Origin: Candidatus Gastranaerophilales bacterium
Lineage (GTDB): Bacteria > Cyanobacteriota > Vampirovibrionia > Gastranaerophilales > Gastranaerophilaceae
Assembly: GCA_900767135.1 (NCBI GenBank)
Contig: CAAFYU010000005.1
Location: forward strand, 18,371 to 82,370
Direction: 5' to 3'
DNA length: 64,000 nucleotides
The position numbers and the translations under genes are program-made. The notes beneath the pieces were generated by a model. It searched no databases and was not told the origin of the DNA. It worked only from the letters and a program-made list of their open reading frames with translations. Shown piece by piece: positions 26,516-36,384 of the stretch (within the stretch, counting starts at the first letter, position 1; each line of letters begins with the position of its first letter).

Positions 26516-29080
26516 TTATTCAGATTTATTATTATCATCTAGCAAGCTTGTTTGAGCTACATTAGATTGAGTTTCAGCAGCGTCCATTGCAGCTACATCT
26601 TTTTTAACCGTTTCATCTTCGTCAGGATTCAAAATCTTATTTACAGATACAACTGAGTCATTATCTGTCAAGTTTTGAGCTCTTACACCTGTTGCAGGGC
26701 GACCTTGACGAGAAATTGAACCGGCATTCAATCTTGTCACAACTCCGTTTGCTGTAACCATCATAATATCATCTGATTCTTTTACGATAGTCAATGCAAC
26801 AAGTTTTGATGAAGTTGATTTAAACTTAGTTGCAATCAAACCTATTCCACCTCTGTTTTGGCTTCTGAATTCTGACAATTTTGTACGTTTGCCAAAGCCA
26901 TCAGATGTTACAACCAACAAGTCAGCGTCATAATCTCTTGGAACAATATCGCAACCAACAAGTTCGTCGCCAGCTCTCAACTTCATTGAAGTTACACCTC
27001 TTGCACTTCTGCCCAAAGGTCTTAAATCTTCAATCGGGAATCTGATTGCCATACCACAAGATGTTCCGATAATGATTTCATCTCTTGCTGCTGCAAGTTT
27101 TACCCAGTTAAGTTCATCGCCTTCTTCCAAACCGATTGCGATAATACCATTTCTTCTGATATTTGAGAAGTTGTCTAATTCGATACGTTTAATATAGCCT
27201 TTCTTAGTCAACATAATCAAGTTCAAATCGTGTGAGAAGTTGCTTACAGGAACAACTGCCGTAATTCTTTCATCTTGATCAATTGGAAGAACGTTTACAA
27301 TCGGCAAGCCCTTAGACTGACGTCCACCTTCTGGGAAGTCGTAAACACTCAAACTGTAAACAGTTCCCTTAGAAGAGAAGAACAACACTTTATCGTGCAT
27401 CATTGCAGTAAAGAAGTGTTGAATATCATCATCTTCCTTAGTTTTAATACCTGATTTACCACGAGTTGCACGATTTTGACGTTCAAACGTATCAAGAGAA
27501 ATACGTTTCAAATATCCTTGGTGAGTAATAAATACTGCCATTGGAGTATTTGGTGTCAAGTCCTCAATTGTAACTTCACCTTGTTCCGGCAAAATTTGAG
27601 TTTTTCTGTCGTCACCGTATTTTTCTTTGTCTTCAAGCAATTCTTTTTTAATGATGTCAAGAATTTTTTGACGGCTTGCAAGAATTTCTTCGTATTCAGC
27701 GATTTTCTTCAAAAGTTCGTCGTACTCAGCTTTAACCTTGTCTTGTTCCAATCCTGTCAATCTTCTCAATTGCATTTCCAAAATCGCATTTGATTGATCA
27801 ACATCAAGCCCAAATCTGCTCATCAAACCTGTTCTTGCATCATCTGTTGTCTTAGATTTTTTGATAAGTTCAATAACTTCATCAATTGAACCCAACGCAA
27901 TAATCAAACCTGCCAAAATATGAGCTCTAATTTTTGCCTTTTTCAAGAAGAAAATTGTACGTCTTGTAACAATTTCAACCCTGTGTTCAACGAATTCTGA
28001 AAGGACTTCAAACAAGTTCATCAATCTAGGCTGTTTACCACAAAGTGCAAGCATATTCACGCCAAAAGTAGTTGCTAATTGAGTAAACTTGAACAAATTA
28101 TTTTTAACAACATCAGGTTTTGCGTCACGTTTAAGTTCAATTACGATACGCATACCTTCTCTGTCGGATTCATCACGAATATCAGAAATTCCGGTAATTC
28201 TTTGATCCTTAACAAGTTCTGCGATTTTTTCAATCAAAGCAGCTTTGTTTACCTGATAAGGAATTTCGGTTACAACGATTGCCGTACGAGTTTGACGACC
28301 GTTTCCGCCTGCAATTTCTTCAAAGTTTGCAACAGCCTGCATTTTGATAGAACCACGACCTGTTTCATAAGCCTGTTTAATATCACTTAAACCAATAATT
28401 GTAGCGGCAGTAGGGAAGTCAGGACCCTTTACATATTCCATCAGTTCCGGAATAGAAATATTCGGATTATCAATCAAAGCAATTGTACCATCAACGATTT
28501 CACAAAGGTTATGAGGCGGAATATTTGTAGCCATACCAACGGCAATACCTGAACAGCCGTTCAAAAGCAACATTGGAAGTCTAACAGGTAAAACAGAAGG
28601 CTCTTGTAACGAACCGTCAAAGTTCGGCTCAAATTCAACTGTTTCACAATCAATATCTGCAAGCATAGATTGAGTAATCTTATGCATTCTTGCCTCAGTA
28701 TACCTCATCGCAGCCGCACCATCACCATCGACAGAACCGAAGTTTCCATGACCGTCAACTGTCAAATACCTTGTAGAGAAATCTTGTGCCATACGAACCA
28801 AAGCTTCGTAAACCGCTGTATCACCATGTGGGTGATATTTACCAAGAACTTCACCAACGATACGGGCACATTTCTTAAATGGTTTGTCCGGAGTCATGCC
28901 AAGTTCGTTCATAGCATACAAAATACGTCTGTGTACCGGTTTTAAACCATCTCTAACATCAGGTAGTGCACGTCCGACAATTACACTCATCGCATAGTCG
29001 ATATATGAACGCTTCATCTCTTCTCTGATATTAACAGGAACGATTTTCCCATCTGCAAACATATTTTGTTGATTGCTCAT
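26516..29080 (-). CDS. gyrA: DNA gyrase subunit A
   Basis: N-terminus [39 protein letters not shown], active-site region, C-terminal beta-pinwheel repeats. Start set at MSNQQ (ATG at 29080, after AAAGGGA). Confidence 0.95.
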   Translation of the reverse strand: MSNQQNMFADGKIVPVNIREEMKRSYIDYAMSVIVGRALPDVRDGLKPVHRRILYAMNELGMTPDKPFKKCARIVGEVLGKYHPHGDTAVYEALVRMAQDFSTRYLTVDGHGNFGSVDGDGAAAMRYTEARMHKITQSMLADIDCETVEFEPNFDGSLQEPSVLPVRLPMLLLNGCSGIAVGMATNIPPHNLCEIVDGTIALIDNPNISIPELMEYVKGPDFPTAATIIGLSDIKQAYETGRGSIKMQAVANFEEIAGGNGRQTRTAIVVTEIPYQVNKAALIEKIAELVKDQRITGISDIRDESDREGMRIVIELKRDAKPDVVKNNLFKFTQLATTFGVNMLALCGKQPRLMNLFEVLSEFVEHRVEIVTRRTIFFLKKAKIRAHILAGLIIALGSIDEVIELIKKSKTTDDARTGLMSRFGLDVDQSNAILEMQLRRLTGLEQDKVKAEYDELLKKIAEYEEILASRQKILDIIKKELLEDKEKYGDDRKTQILPEQGEVTIEDLTPNTPMAVFITHQGYLKRISLDTFERQNRATRGKSGIKTKEDDDIQHFFTAMMHDKVLFFSSKGTVYSLSVYDFPEGGRQSKGLPIVNVLPIDQDERITAVVPVSNFSHDLNLIMLTKKGYIKRIELDNFSNIRRNGIIAIGLEEGDELNWVKLAAARDEIIIGTSCGMAIRFPIEDLRPLGRSARGVTSMKLRAGDELVGCDIVPRDYDADLLVVTSDGFGKRTKLSEFRSQNRGGIGLIATKFKSTSSKLVALTIVKESDDIMMVTANGVVTRLNAGSISRQGRPATGVRAQNLTDNDSVVSVNKILNPDEDETVKKDVAAMDAAETQSNVAQTSLLDDNNKSE

Positions 29081-29252
29081 TTCAATCCCTTTCTCTTCCA
29101 AGTCTAATCTGTTATTAATATTGTATCACAAACAGATTTTTTAGGAAAATTTTAAAATAATCTTTACATTTTCAAGATAAAAAGCATACAAATAACCTGT
29201 TACAAAATAAATAACAATTAATACTAATTTATCCCTTTGACACTATTTTTTA

Positions 29253-29807
29253 CTATAAATTTTCGGTAATAATTCCGCCAGAACCTCTATCAATTTCTCG
29301 TTTGAACGGTTTATCGTTTTCATCAAAATATGTTTTTACGGTTCCTCGTTCTTCTATCTTTTCAATCCGTTTACCCTTTTCATCATATTGGCAGTATGTT
29401 GTTATATTTCCAGTCAAAGTTGTAATGACTTCTGCTTTTAGAACTCCATTGTCGTGGTATTCCATATCATACTCAGTTTTCATAGCGAGAACATTGTGTT
29501 CATCATACACAGAGTCATATTTATAGTCCATATTCCCGAATTCGTCATAATGATGCCCGATTTCAAAGTTTCCCTGACGAGCATAGTCAAGCCACAACTT
29601 ATTTTTTTTATCATAGCAACGCATAATCAAAGTTCCGTTAGGATTTTTCTCTAAAACTCTTAGCCCAAAATTTTCTTGCATCTCAATTACTTCTGTTCCG
29701 TCCGGCTTGATGTAACTCGGAGCCATCGGATTTTTTTCTTTTTGCTTTTCAAAAGGATTTACAAAAAAATATTTACGTTTTTCGTGATTATCTTGCATAT
29801 TATCCAT
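29253..29807 (-). CDS. Hypothetical protein with short YD/MORN-like repeats (…HYDEFGNMDYKYD…, …YCQYDEKGKRI…)
   Basis: 184 aa ORF. The repeat pattern is weak. No signal peptide. Confidence 0.4.
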   Translation of the reverse strand: MDNMQDNHEKRKYFFVNPFEKQKEKNPMAPSYIKPDGTEVIEMQENFGLRVLEKNPNGTLIMRCYDKKNKLWLDYARQGNFEIGHHYDEFGNMDYKYDSVYDEHNVLAMKTEYDMEYHDNGVLKAEVITTLTGNITTYCQYDEKGKRIEKIEERGTVKTYFDENDKPFKREIDRGSGGIITENL

Positions 29808-29879
29808 AATATAATATTACGACAAAAATATTTTAATCTTTAATCATACATTTATAGGAAATTGTGATATAATGCCGTT

Positions 29880-30779
29880 ATGAAGAAGTTAGTTTCAGCA
29901 TGTATAATAGGATTTTTGTTTTCAACAACATCAATATTTGCAAGCGAGTTGACAGAGGATTATTTTGACATCGCATCTGAATACGCAACTTATGGGAAAT
30001 ATTCTGATGCAATGGTTTATGTCGATAAAATCCTTCAATTGGAGCCAAATAATTCTGATGCAAAAGAGTTGAAAAACACCCTGATTAGAGTAACAAACTC
30101 TAATGCAAAATCGTATTTAACTTCTTTTGACAAAAACTATCAACAGGCTGAAAACTATAAAAATCAGGGCAATAAATCTAAACAAATTTCACAATTAGCT
30201 TCTGCAACAAGTGATTATTGGTCTATGTTTACGCTTGCTAATATTTATAGAAACAACTCTGATTTCAAAAACGCAATCACATATTACCAAAAAGCTATCA
30301 CATTAAAACCGGCTTTTGCACAAAGCTATTTAGGGTTGGCACAAAGTTATTACGGGCTAAAAGATTTTAAAAACACAGTAAATTATGTAGATAAGTATCT
30401 TTCATACAATTCCAAATCAGATATCGCTTACGCATTACGTGCTCTGGCTAATATGGAAATGAATTACTTAGTCGAGGCACAAGACGATATTAAAAAAGCA
30501 TTAGACATTGAAGAAAATATTTCATATTTATTAATAGATGCCAAAATCGCTTATTATAGAGGGAATTACGACGATGCGAGAGAAAAATTGAACTTGCTTT
30601 TACGTAATGTTCAAACGTCAGAAGTCTACAAATACATCGGACTTTGCGATTACGCACAGAATGATTTGCCAAGTGCACTTTTAAATATTAACAAAGCAAT
30701 CATACTCTCTGATGACGACAAAGATTTGAATTTGAAGTATAATGAAATAAAATCAGAACTGGATAAACAACAGCAATGA
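29880..30779 (+). CDS. Secreted TPR-repeat protein
   Basis: Signal peptide MKKLVSACIIGFLFSTTSIFA. Several TPR-like helical repeats (AITYYQKAITLKP, SYLGLAQSYYGLKDF). Confidence 0.6.
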   Translation: MKKLVSACIIGFLFSTTSIFASELTEDYFDIASEYATYGKYSDAMVYVDKILQLEPNNSDAKELKNTLIRVTNSNAKSYLTSFDKNYQQAENYKNQGNKSKQISQLASATSDYWSMFTLANIYRNNSDFKNAITYYQKAITLKPAFAQSYLGLAQSYYGLKDFKNTVNYVDKYLSYNSKSDIAYALRALANMEMNYLVEAQDDIKKALDIEENISYLLIDAKIAYYRGNYDDAREKLNLLLRNVQTSEVYKYIGLCDYAQNDLPSALLNINKAIILSDDDKDLNLKYNEIKSELDKQQQ

Positions 30780-30826
30780 CGACTAGAAGATATAGAAAAA
30801 GAAAAGTTATAAAAAAGGAGAGCATA

Positions 30827-31768
30827 ATGACAAGATTAAAAAACTGGTCAATCTCTATTTTGTTATCAGGTGCAATGCTTTTAGGTTTGCAGTGTTACAG
30901 TAGCACATCAAGTTTAAAGTTCGCACAAGTCAGTGACACACATTTTTATACCGGAAGCAATAACACAACCTTCAAAATGGTTGCAGAATCACCAAAACTT
31001 CTTGACGATGTGATTGAGCAGATTAATGAAACCCCAAATGTTTCTTTCGTAATGTTTACGGGCGATTTAATTGACAAACCATTTGAAAAAGAGTTGAGTG
31101 CATTCCTTCCGCACACAGAAAAACTTAATTATCCTTGGTATTTTGCGTTCGGGAACCACGACACAATGTTTGGCGGATATTTGACTCCGAGGGTTTATAT
31201 GGACTTGGTAAACCAATATAACACCAACTACAAGTTTGAAAAATCATACTATTCATTTGTGCCACAAAAAGGTTACAAGGCAATAGTTTTGGACACAATT
31301 ATTCGTGACAGGTTAACATCAAACGGTCAAATCGGCGAAGAACAGCTAAAATGGCTTGACAACGAACTTGCAAATTCAAAAAAAGATACTGTTTTAATCT
31401 TTATGCACGTACCTGTTTTGGAGCCATACAACAGCCCAAATCACAGGCTTTTAGATGCTGACAAAATGCAAGAAATCCTTAATAAATATAAGCAACCGAT
31501 TGCGATATTTCAAGGACATTACCATGGTGCAAAAATTACTCAGCGAGATAATCTTCTGTATGTAAGTTGCCCATCTATGGTGTCATATCCAAACGCTTTC
31601 AGAATGATTACGGTGACAAATTACAGAAACAAGGTCGTATTTAATATTCAAAATAAGGAAACTAATTTGAAAAATGTACAAAAACTTGCAAAACTATTGG
31701 TCTTTGGAACAACTATTTACACAGGCGAAGCGAAAGATCAAAATGCAACAATAGTGATTAAAAAATAA
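30827..31768 (+). CDS. Secreted calcineurin-like metallophosphoesterase
   Basis: DTH, GDLID, GNHD and GHYH motifs. Signal peptide. Start at the ATG after AAGGAGAG; the track ORF starts upstream at 30776. Confidence 0.7.
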   Translation: MTRLKNWSISILLSGAMLLGLQCYSSTSSLKFAQVSDTHFYTGSNNTTFKMVAESPKLLDDVIEQINETPNVSFVMFTGDLIDKPFEKELSAFLPHTEKLNYPWYFAFGNHDTMFGGYLTPRVYMDLVNQYNTNYKFEKSYYSFVPQKGYKAIVLDTIIRDRLTSNGQIGEEQLKWLDNELANSKKDTVLIFMHVPVLEPYNSPNHRLLDADKMQEILNKYKQPIAIFQGHYHGAKITQRDNLLYVSCPSMVSYPNAFRMITVTNYRNKVVFNIQNKETNLKNVQKLAKLLVFGTTIYTGEAKDQNATIVIKK

Positions 31769-31797
31769 GAAGTTTAGTGCTAATGCATAGTTTATTA

Positions 31798-31851
31798 CCG
31801 AGCAAAGCGAGCGAAATGAACTTTTCACTATTCACGTCTCACTTTTCACTT
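31798..31851. repeat. Half element: CCGAGCAAAGCGAGCG module followed by four tandem TTCAC(N2-3) motifs; no partner arm.
   Basis: TTCACTATTCACGTCTCACTTTTCACTT at 31824-31851. The CCGAGCAA(A/C)GCGAGC motif recurs in reverse orientation inside the 23341-23455 element (about 23386-23400). Confidence 0.6.
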
Positions 31852-31871
31852 AAATTCAGAAAGGACGAAAC

Positions 31872-32801
31872 ATGGGCGAATTTAAAATAAAATTTAGAGG
31901 TGTAAGAGGCAGTTATCCTGTTGCCAACAGGGATTTCTTGCAATATGGCGGAAACACGTCTTGTGTTGAAGTCAATGTCAATGGACATTTGATTATTCTT
32001 GATGCAGGAACAGGCTTGATTAATGTTGGAAACGAGCTTATGGGCAAATATATTGCCTCTGGCGAAAACTCATCAGACAGAACGCCAATTCAAGCAACTG
32101 TGTTAATTTCACATATTCACCAAGACCACTTACAAGGGTTTACGTTCTTCCGTCCGCTTCATATTCCATCATCACAAATCAATGTTTATGGGAATGTAAA
32201 TTACAATGAAAGCTTGGCAGATGAACTTTCTGAACTTCTTTTTGGCAAGTCGTTTCCACTAGATTTAGGCGACATTGCGGGGAATTTGAACATAAAAGAT
32301 ATCAATGAAACCGAAGGAATTATCCTAAGACATGGAGAAGCACCTATTATCAAACGCATAGAAAATGAAAATGATGCAAAAGTTGAAGGTGACGATGTTA
32401 TGATTACTTGCTATCGTTCTTATGCACACCCACAAGAAGGTGTTTTGGTTTATAAAATAGCATATCAAGATAAAGTTTTGGTTTATGCAACGGATAAAGA
32501 AAGCTACCCCGGCGGAGATAAAAAACTTGTAAGCTTTGCTCGTGGGTGCGATTTACTAATCCATGACGCACAATACACAATGGAAGATTATCTTGATGCA
32601 TTTGTTCCAAAACAAGGTTACGGGCACTCAACTTTTGATATGGCAATTGAAGCTCAAAAACAAGCTAATGCCAAAAAAGTTGTTTTCTTCCACTTCGATC
32701 CAAGCTATGATGACAACAAATTAAATATCATTAAAGAACATTACAAAGACCTCGGAGAAAGTGCAATTCTTGCATACGAAGGGCTGGAAATAGAACTATA
32801 A
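31872..32801 (+). CDS. MBL-fold metallo-hydrolase
   Basis: HxHxDH motif (SHIHQDHLQGF) plus downstream His/Asp ligands. 309 aa. Confidence 0.75.
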   Translation: MGEFKIKFRGVRGSYPVANRDFLQYGGNTSCVEVNVNGHLIILDAGTGLINVGNELMGKYIASGENSSDRTPIQATVLISHIHQDHLQGFTFFRPLHIPSSQINVYGNVNYNESLADELSELLFGKSFPLDLGDIAGNLNIKDINETEGIILRHGEAPIIKRIENENDAKVEGDDVMITCYRSYAHPQEGVLVYKIAYQDKVLVYATDKESYPGGDKKLVSFARGCDLLIHDAQYTMEDYLDAFVPKQGYGHSTFDMAIEAQKQANAKKVVFFHFDPSYDDNKLNIIKEHYKDLGESAILAYEGLEIEL

Positions 32802-32802
32802 A

Positions 32803-32870
32803 TGCGGTTAAGCGGCTAAGCAGCTAGGAAGCGATGCGGCTAAGTTTATTAGAGGCTAAGATGCGTAGAG
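32803..32870 (+). repeat. GCTAAGC-rich dispersed element directly 3' of the MBL-hydrolase stop codon.
   Basis: TAA-ATGCGGTTAAGCGGCTAAGCAGCTAGGAAGCGATGCGGCTAAG...GGCTAAG. Related to 575-645 and to 44736-44766. Confidence 0.75.
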
Positions 32871-32898
32871 GCAAAGTCCGTATCATAAAGCAACCACC

Positions 32899-33465
32899 AT
32901 GAAAACAAAATCCACAATCCTAATATCATTAATATTTTTAAGCTTCCTCACATCTGGTTACAAAAAACCGGACGTATATGTTATTGATGCAACAAAAAAT
33001 GCTTATTTACACAATAACATGGGAATTCGCTATATGGACGAAGGGATTTATTATGCAGCAATTCAAGAATTCAAGATTGCAATAAGTCTTAATCCTAACA
33101 CACAAGCAACTTCTGTGTATTACAAAAATATTGGGGACGCATATATGGCAATTGGCTATGCTGATATGGCAAGACAACCTTATGAGGACGCAATTCGCCA
33201 GTATAGTTTGAATTTTCAGTATTACCAAAAACTTGCAAAATGCTATAAAAGTCTTGGGCTTGCAAACTCTAAAATTGCAGAATATAGCAAAAGTCAAAAT
33301 GCACTTGACAAAGTTATGCTCGGGCTTTTGTATATTGAAAACGGAAATTTACGTCGTGGTATAATTATTTTGGACGAATTCACGTCAGATGAGCCGGATT
33401 TGATAATCACGCCGGCTGTCAAACACTTTATCAAAGAAAATGTCAAAAAGATGAATGGTGGCTAA
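32899..33465 (+). CDS. Secreted TPR-like protein
   Basis: Signal peptide. Helical repeats with TPR character (GDAYMAIGYADMARQPYEDAIRQY). Confidence 0.5.
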   Translation: MKTKSTILISLIFLSFLTSGYKKPDVYVIDATKNAYLHNNMGIRYMDEGIYYAAIQEFKIAISLNPNTQATSVYYKNIGDAYMAIGYADMARQPYEDAIRQYSLNFQYYQKLAKCYKSLGLANSKIAEYSKSQNALDKVMLGLLYIENGNLRRGIIILDEFTSDEPDLIITPAVKHFIKENVKKMNGG

Positions 33466-33511
33466 ATTTTGACAAACCTAAAACGGCCTAAATCGTGTGA
33501 GGTAGCAGATT

Positions 33512-34735
33512 ATGAAAAATTTATTTTTAAAAACAAGTCTAATTCTTATAATTTTATTGTTGGCGATTTTTACAATACCGTTTGGCAAAAAATCCGTCGA
33601 TAACGAAGTTGTGTTTTGGACTTTGCAAATGAATGATTTTGCACCTTATATGAACAAAGTAATCAGTGAATTTGAGGCTCAAAACCCTGATGTTAAGATA
33701 AAATGGATTGATGTTCCATTCTCGGAAGGCGAAAAAAGGACGCTTGCATCAGTTTTAAGTGACAACCCACCGGATTTGATTAACCTAAACCCTGATTTTA
33801 CGGCACTTTTGGCTCAACGCGGAGCTCTTTATCAAATTGATGAACAGTATACAAAACAATATAATCAGTCAATCATAAATTCGCTTAAAACAAATGGTAA
33901 ATTGTACTCACTGCCATGGTATGCGACATCTGCGGTGACGATTTATAATAAAGACTTGCTAGCTAAATCCGGTGCTAAAATGCCTGCAACCTACAAGGAT
34001 TTAGCTCAAATTGCTCCGCAAATTAAACAAAAAACAGGTGCCTATGTCTTACTCCCTAATATCACTGAAAACGATACTATGGCAAGAATTTTGAACAAAT
34101 ACGGCGTAACACCTAACAACATTAATTCTCAAAAATCACAAAAGGTGTTTGAACTTTTCAAAAATTTGTATGAAAAAGATTTAATTCCCAAAGAGTCAAT
34201 TACGCAAACCCATCGCGAGGCGTTGGAAAAATATATGGCTGAAAAAATTGTGTTTTTCCAAGCCGGAGCAAACTTTTTGACCATGATTAAGGAAAATGCA
34301 CCTTCAACTTATACAAATACAGACGTTGCACCACAAATTGTTGGTGAATTAGGACAAAACGACTTTTCTTTAATGAATTTTGTAATTCCGACTCGTGCAA
34401 AACATAAAAGTGAAGCTTTGAAATTTGCACTGTTTTTGACAAATAGCGAAAACCAGCTTGCGATGGCGAAGTTGACAAATATTTTGGCTGTAAACGAAGA
34501 AACTTTGCAAAACAAATTTTACACAGAATATGATGAAAAAGATTTAATGTCAAAAGCACGTGTGATTAGTGCAAAACAGCTAAACAAGATTGAGCCGACA
34601 TTCATGCCTGCAAGAAATCAAAAAGAAATTAATATTCTTGTCAATGAAGCCGTTCAACAAATTCTTTTGAACAAAGCAACAACAAAAAATATTTTAGATA
34701 ACTTATCTGACAAAATGAAAGAGCTTTCTGAATAA
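33512..34735 (+). CDS. ABC-transporter extracellular solute-binding protein (family 1, sugar type); orphan, with no permease or ATPase adjacent
   Basis: N-terminal anchor then VVFWTLQMNDFAPYMNKVISEFEAQNPDVKIKWIDVPF..., typical of SBP family 1. Confidence 0.7.
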   Translation: MKNLFLKTSLILIILLLAIFTIPFGKKSVDNEVVFWTLQMNDFAPYMNKVISEFEAQNPDVKIKWIDVPFSEGEKRTLASVLSDNPPDLINLNPDFTALLAQRGALYQIDEQYTKQYNQSIINSLKTNGKLYSLPWYATSAVTIYNKDLLAKSGAKMPATYKDLAQIAPQIKQKTGAYVLLPNITENDTMARILNKYGVTPNNINSQKSQKVFELFKNLYEKDLIPKESITQTHREALEKYMAEKIVFFQAGANFLTMIKENAPSTYTNTDVAPQIVGELGQNDFSLMNFVIPTRAKHKSEALKFALFLTNSENQLAMAKLTNILAVNEETLQNKFYTEYDEKDLMSKARVISAKQLNKIEPTFMPARNQKEINILVNEAVQQILLNKATTKNILDNLSDKMKELSE

Positions 34736-34742
34736 TCTAAAT

Positions 34743-35261
34743 TTAATTTTTACTTCCGATAAAGCTTAGAGCAGCACCGATTGCAGCTCCAATCCCAACA
34801 CCCCATAAAAATTTGTTTCTTTTAATAAGTTTAAACACTTTTGCACAATTGTTATCCATCAGGCTGGCATCTTTTTTGTATCTCTCAAAATTTGAGGCAA
34901 AATCGGCTTTTAATCTTTTTACATTAGACGGATCAGAAACTTTTCTGTCCAAGTCAATGCATTTGTTCGTAATTTGATGAAAATCTTCGGACAAGCCCAT
35001 TTCTTGCAAAATCATCTTGCTTTCAGGGCTGACTTTACCTTCCAGAACTTCTTTTGCGGCATTTCTTAGTGCCATAATCTGTGTAGTTGCTTCATCATGG
35101 GTTACATCAAATGCTCTTTGCACAAAAACATCTTTTTTTATAGGAATATAATAAGCATTCATACCGATAAGCCCTCCGGCTGCGGCAAGTCCGACAGTTC
35201 GCTTCTTTTGTGCAGAAGGACTCGGTGGATAATATGCCATATTTGAATTAATTTCAGCCAT
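34743..35261 (-). CDS. Hypothetical membrane protein
   Basis: 172 aa. Gly/Ala-rich hydrophobic segments at both ends. Confidence 0.4.
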   Translation of the reverse strand: MAEINSNMAYYPPSPSAQKKRTVGLAAAGGLIGMNAYYIPIKKDVFVQRAFDVTHDEATTQIMALRNAAKEVLEGKVSPESKMILQEMGLSEDFHQITNKCIDLDRKVSDPSNVKRLKADFASNFERYKKDASLMDNNCAKVFKLIKRNKFLWGVGIGAAIGAALSFIGSKN

Positions 35262-35340
35262 TAAAATACCTCTTTAATTTAAGCTGATTATTAAAAATCC
35301 CTGAATATTATTTTTTGCTAGTAAACTTAAAAATATGGTT

Positions 35341-36357
35341 TTATAAAACTTTATCCACAATATCTTGTGCTGTAATTTTCAGACAGTCCAAATTTTCGCA
35401 AGTTGTTTGTCTATGTGCCCAAAGACAAGGTTTTATCGGACATTTGTCATTTGCTTTGATTGCGGTAACAAGTTCGGATTGCGGAATTAAAACCTTATCA
35501 TCAGTTGGCCCGAAAATCACGTAAGTTCTTGTTTTCATTGCAACAGCGACATGTAAGGGTGCAGAATCAGAACAAATAAATTTTTCAGCTTGTCCGATTA
35601 GAACCGCCAAGTCTTTTAAGCTTCTGGTTTTGCCATAAAAGTTGGTAAAATTAGGTGAATTTAACAATTCAGGAGAAGCAGACAACTGTGCCAAAATCTT
35701 TTCAATAACCTCATTATCATCAGGCCCACCGGCAAGTATAACATGTTTACCCTGTTCTAAAAGCAATTTAACCACATTTGCCCAAATATCAGCCCCGACA
35801 GTCTTAATCATACCCTTGTTCACGCTCATTTTGCTTACTCCGGGGTGAATTAGAACGGAATTAACAATTTTTTCTTGTGTCGGAACATTAATTTCAGGTA
35901 ACTCTGTTTTATGGTTCGTAATCGGTGAAATCAAGTCGTGATACATTGCACAGGCATATTGCTTTTTGTTTAACGGAACAGCTTTTGTCAATAAAACTTG
36001 ACTTAACTTTCCTGTATCATAGCCAAAACGCTTCTTTATCCCCATAAGTATCAACAAGATACTAATAAGCTTGTTTCCACCCGACGAAAGAACCATATCA
36101 AAATGGCCTTTTCGTGCCAAAAACACAAGTTTTAAAAGTTCTGCATACTTATTTTTTCCTTTTACATCAATTAAAAACAAGTCGTCTATTATATCTGTCA
36201 AATCCTTTACACTCTTGCTTCTTGGCTCTAATGCCAATGTTATTTTTGAGTTTGGATATTCTTTTTTTAAAGATATAAGTGTTGGGAGAAAAAATATTTC
36301 GTCACCAATTCCGCCAAAATTTATTGCTAATATGTTCATAAACAAATTATATAACAA
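35341..36357 (-). CDS. Glycosyltransferase family 9 (LPS heptosyltransferase-like)
   Basis: INFGGIGDEIFFLPTLISLKKEYPNSKITLA N-terminus plus a C-terminal GT-B domain, typical of WaaC/WaaF/WaaQ. Confidence 0.75.
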   Translation of the reverse strand: MLYNLFMNILAINFGGIGDEIFFLPTLISLKKEYPNSKITLALEPRSKSVKDLTDIIDDLFLIDVKGKNKYAELLKLVFLARKGHFDMVLSSGGNKLISILLILMGIKKRFGYDTGKLSQVLLTKAVPLNKKQYACAMYHDLISPITNHKTELPEINVPTQEKIVNSVLIHPGVSKMSVNKGMIKTVGADIWANVVKLLLEQGKHVILAGGPDDNEVIEKILAQLSASPELLNSPNFTNFYGKTRSLKDLAVLIGQAEKFICSDSAPLHVAVAMKTRTYVIFGPTDDKVLIPQSELVTAIKANDKCPIKPCLWAHRQTTCENLDCLKITAQDIVDKVL

Positions 36358-36384
36358 AAAGATTTTTTGTAGTACTATAAGCTT

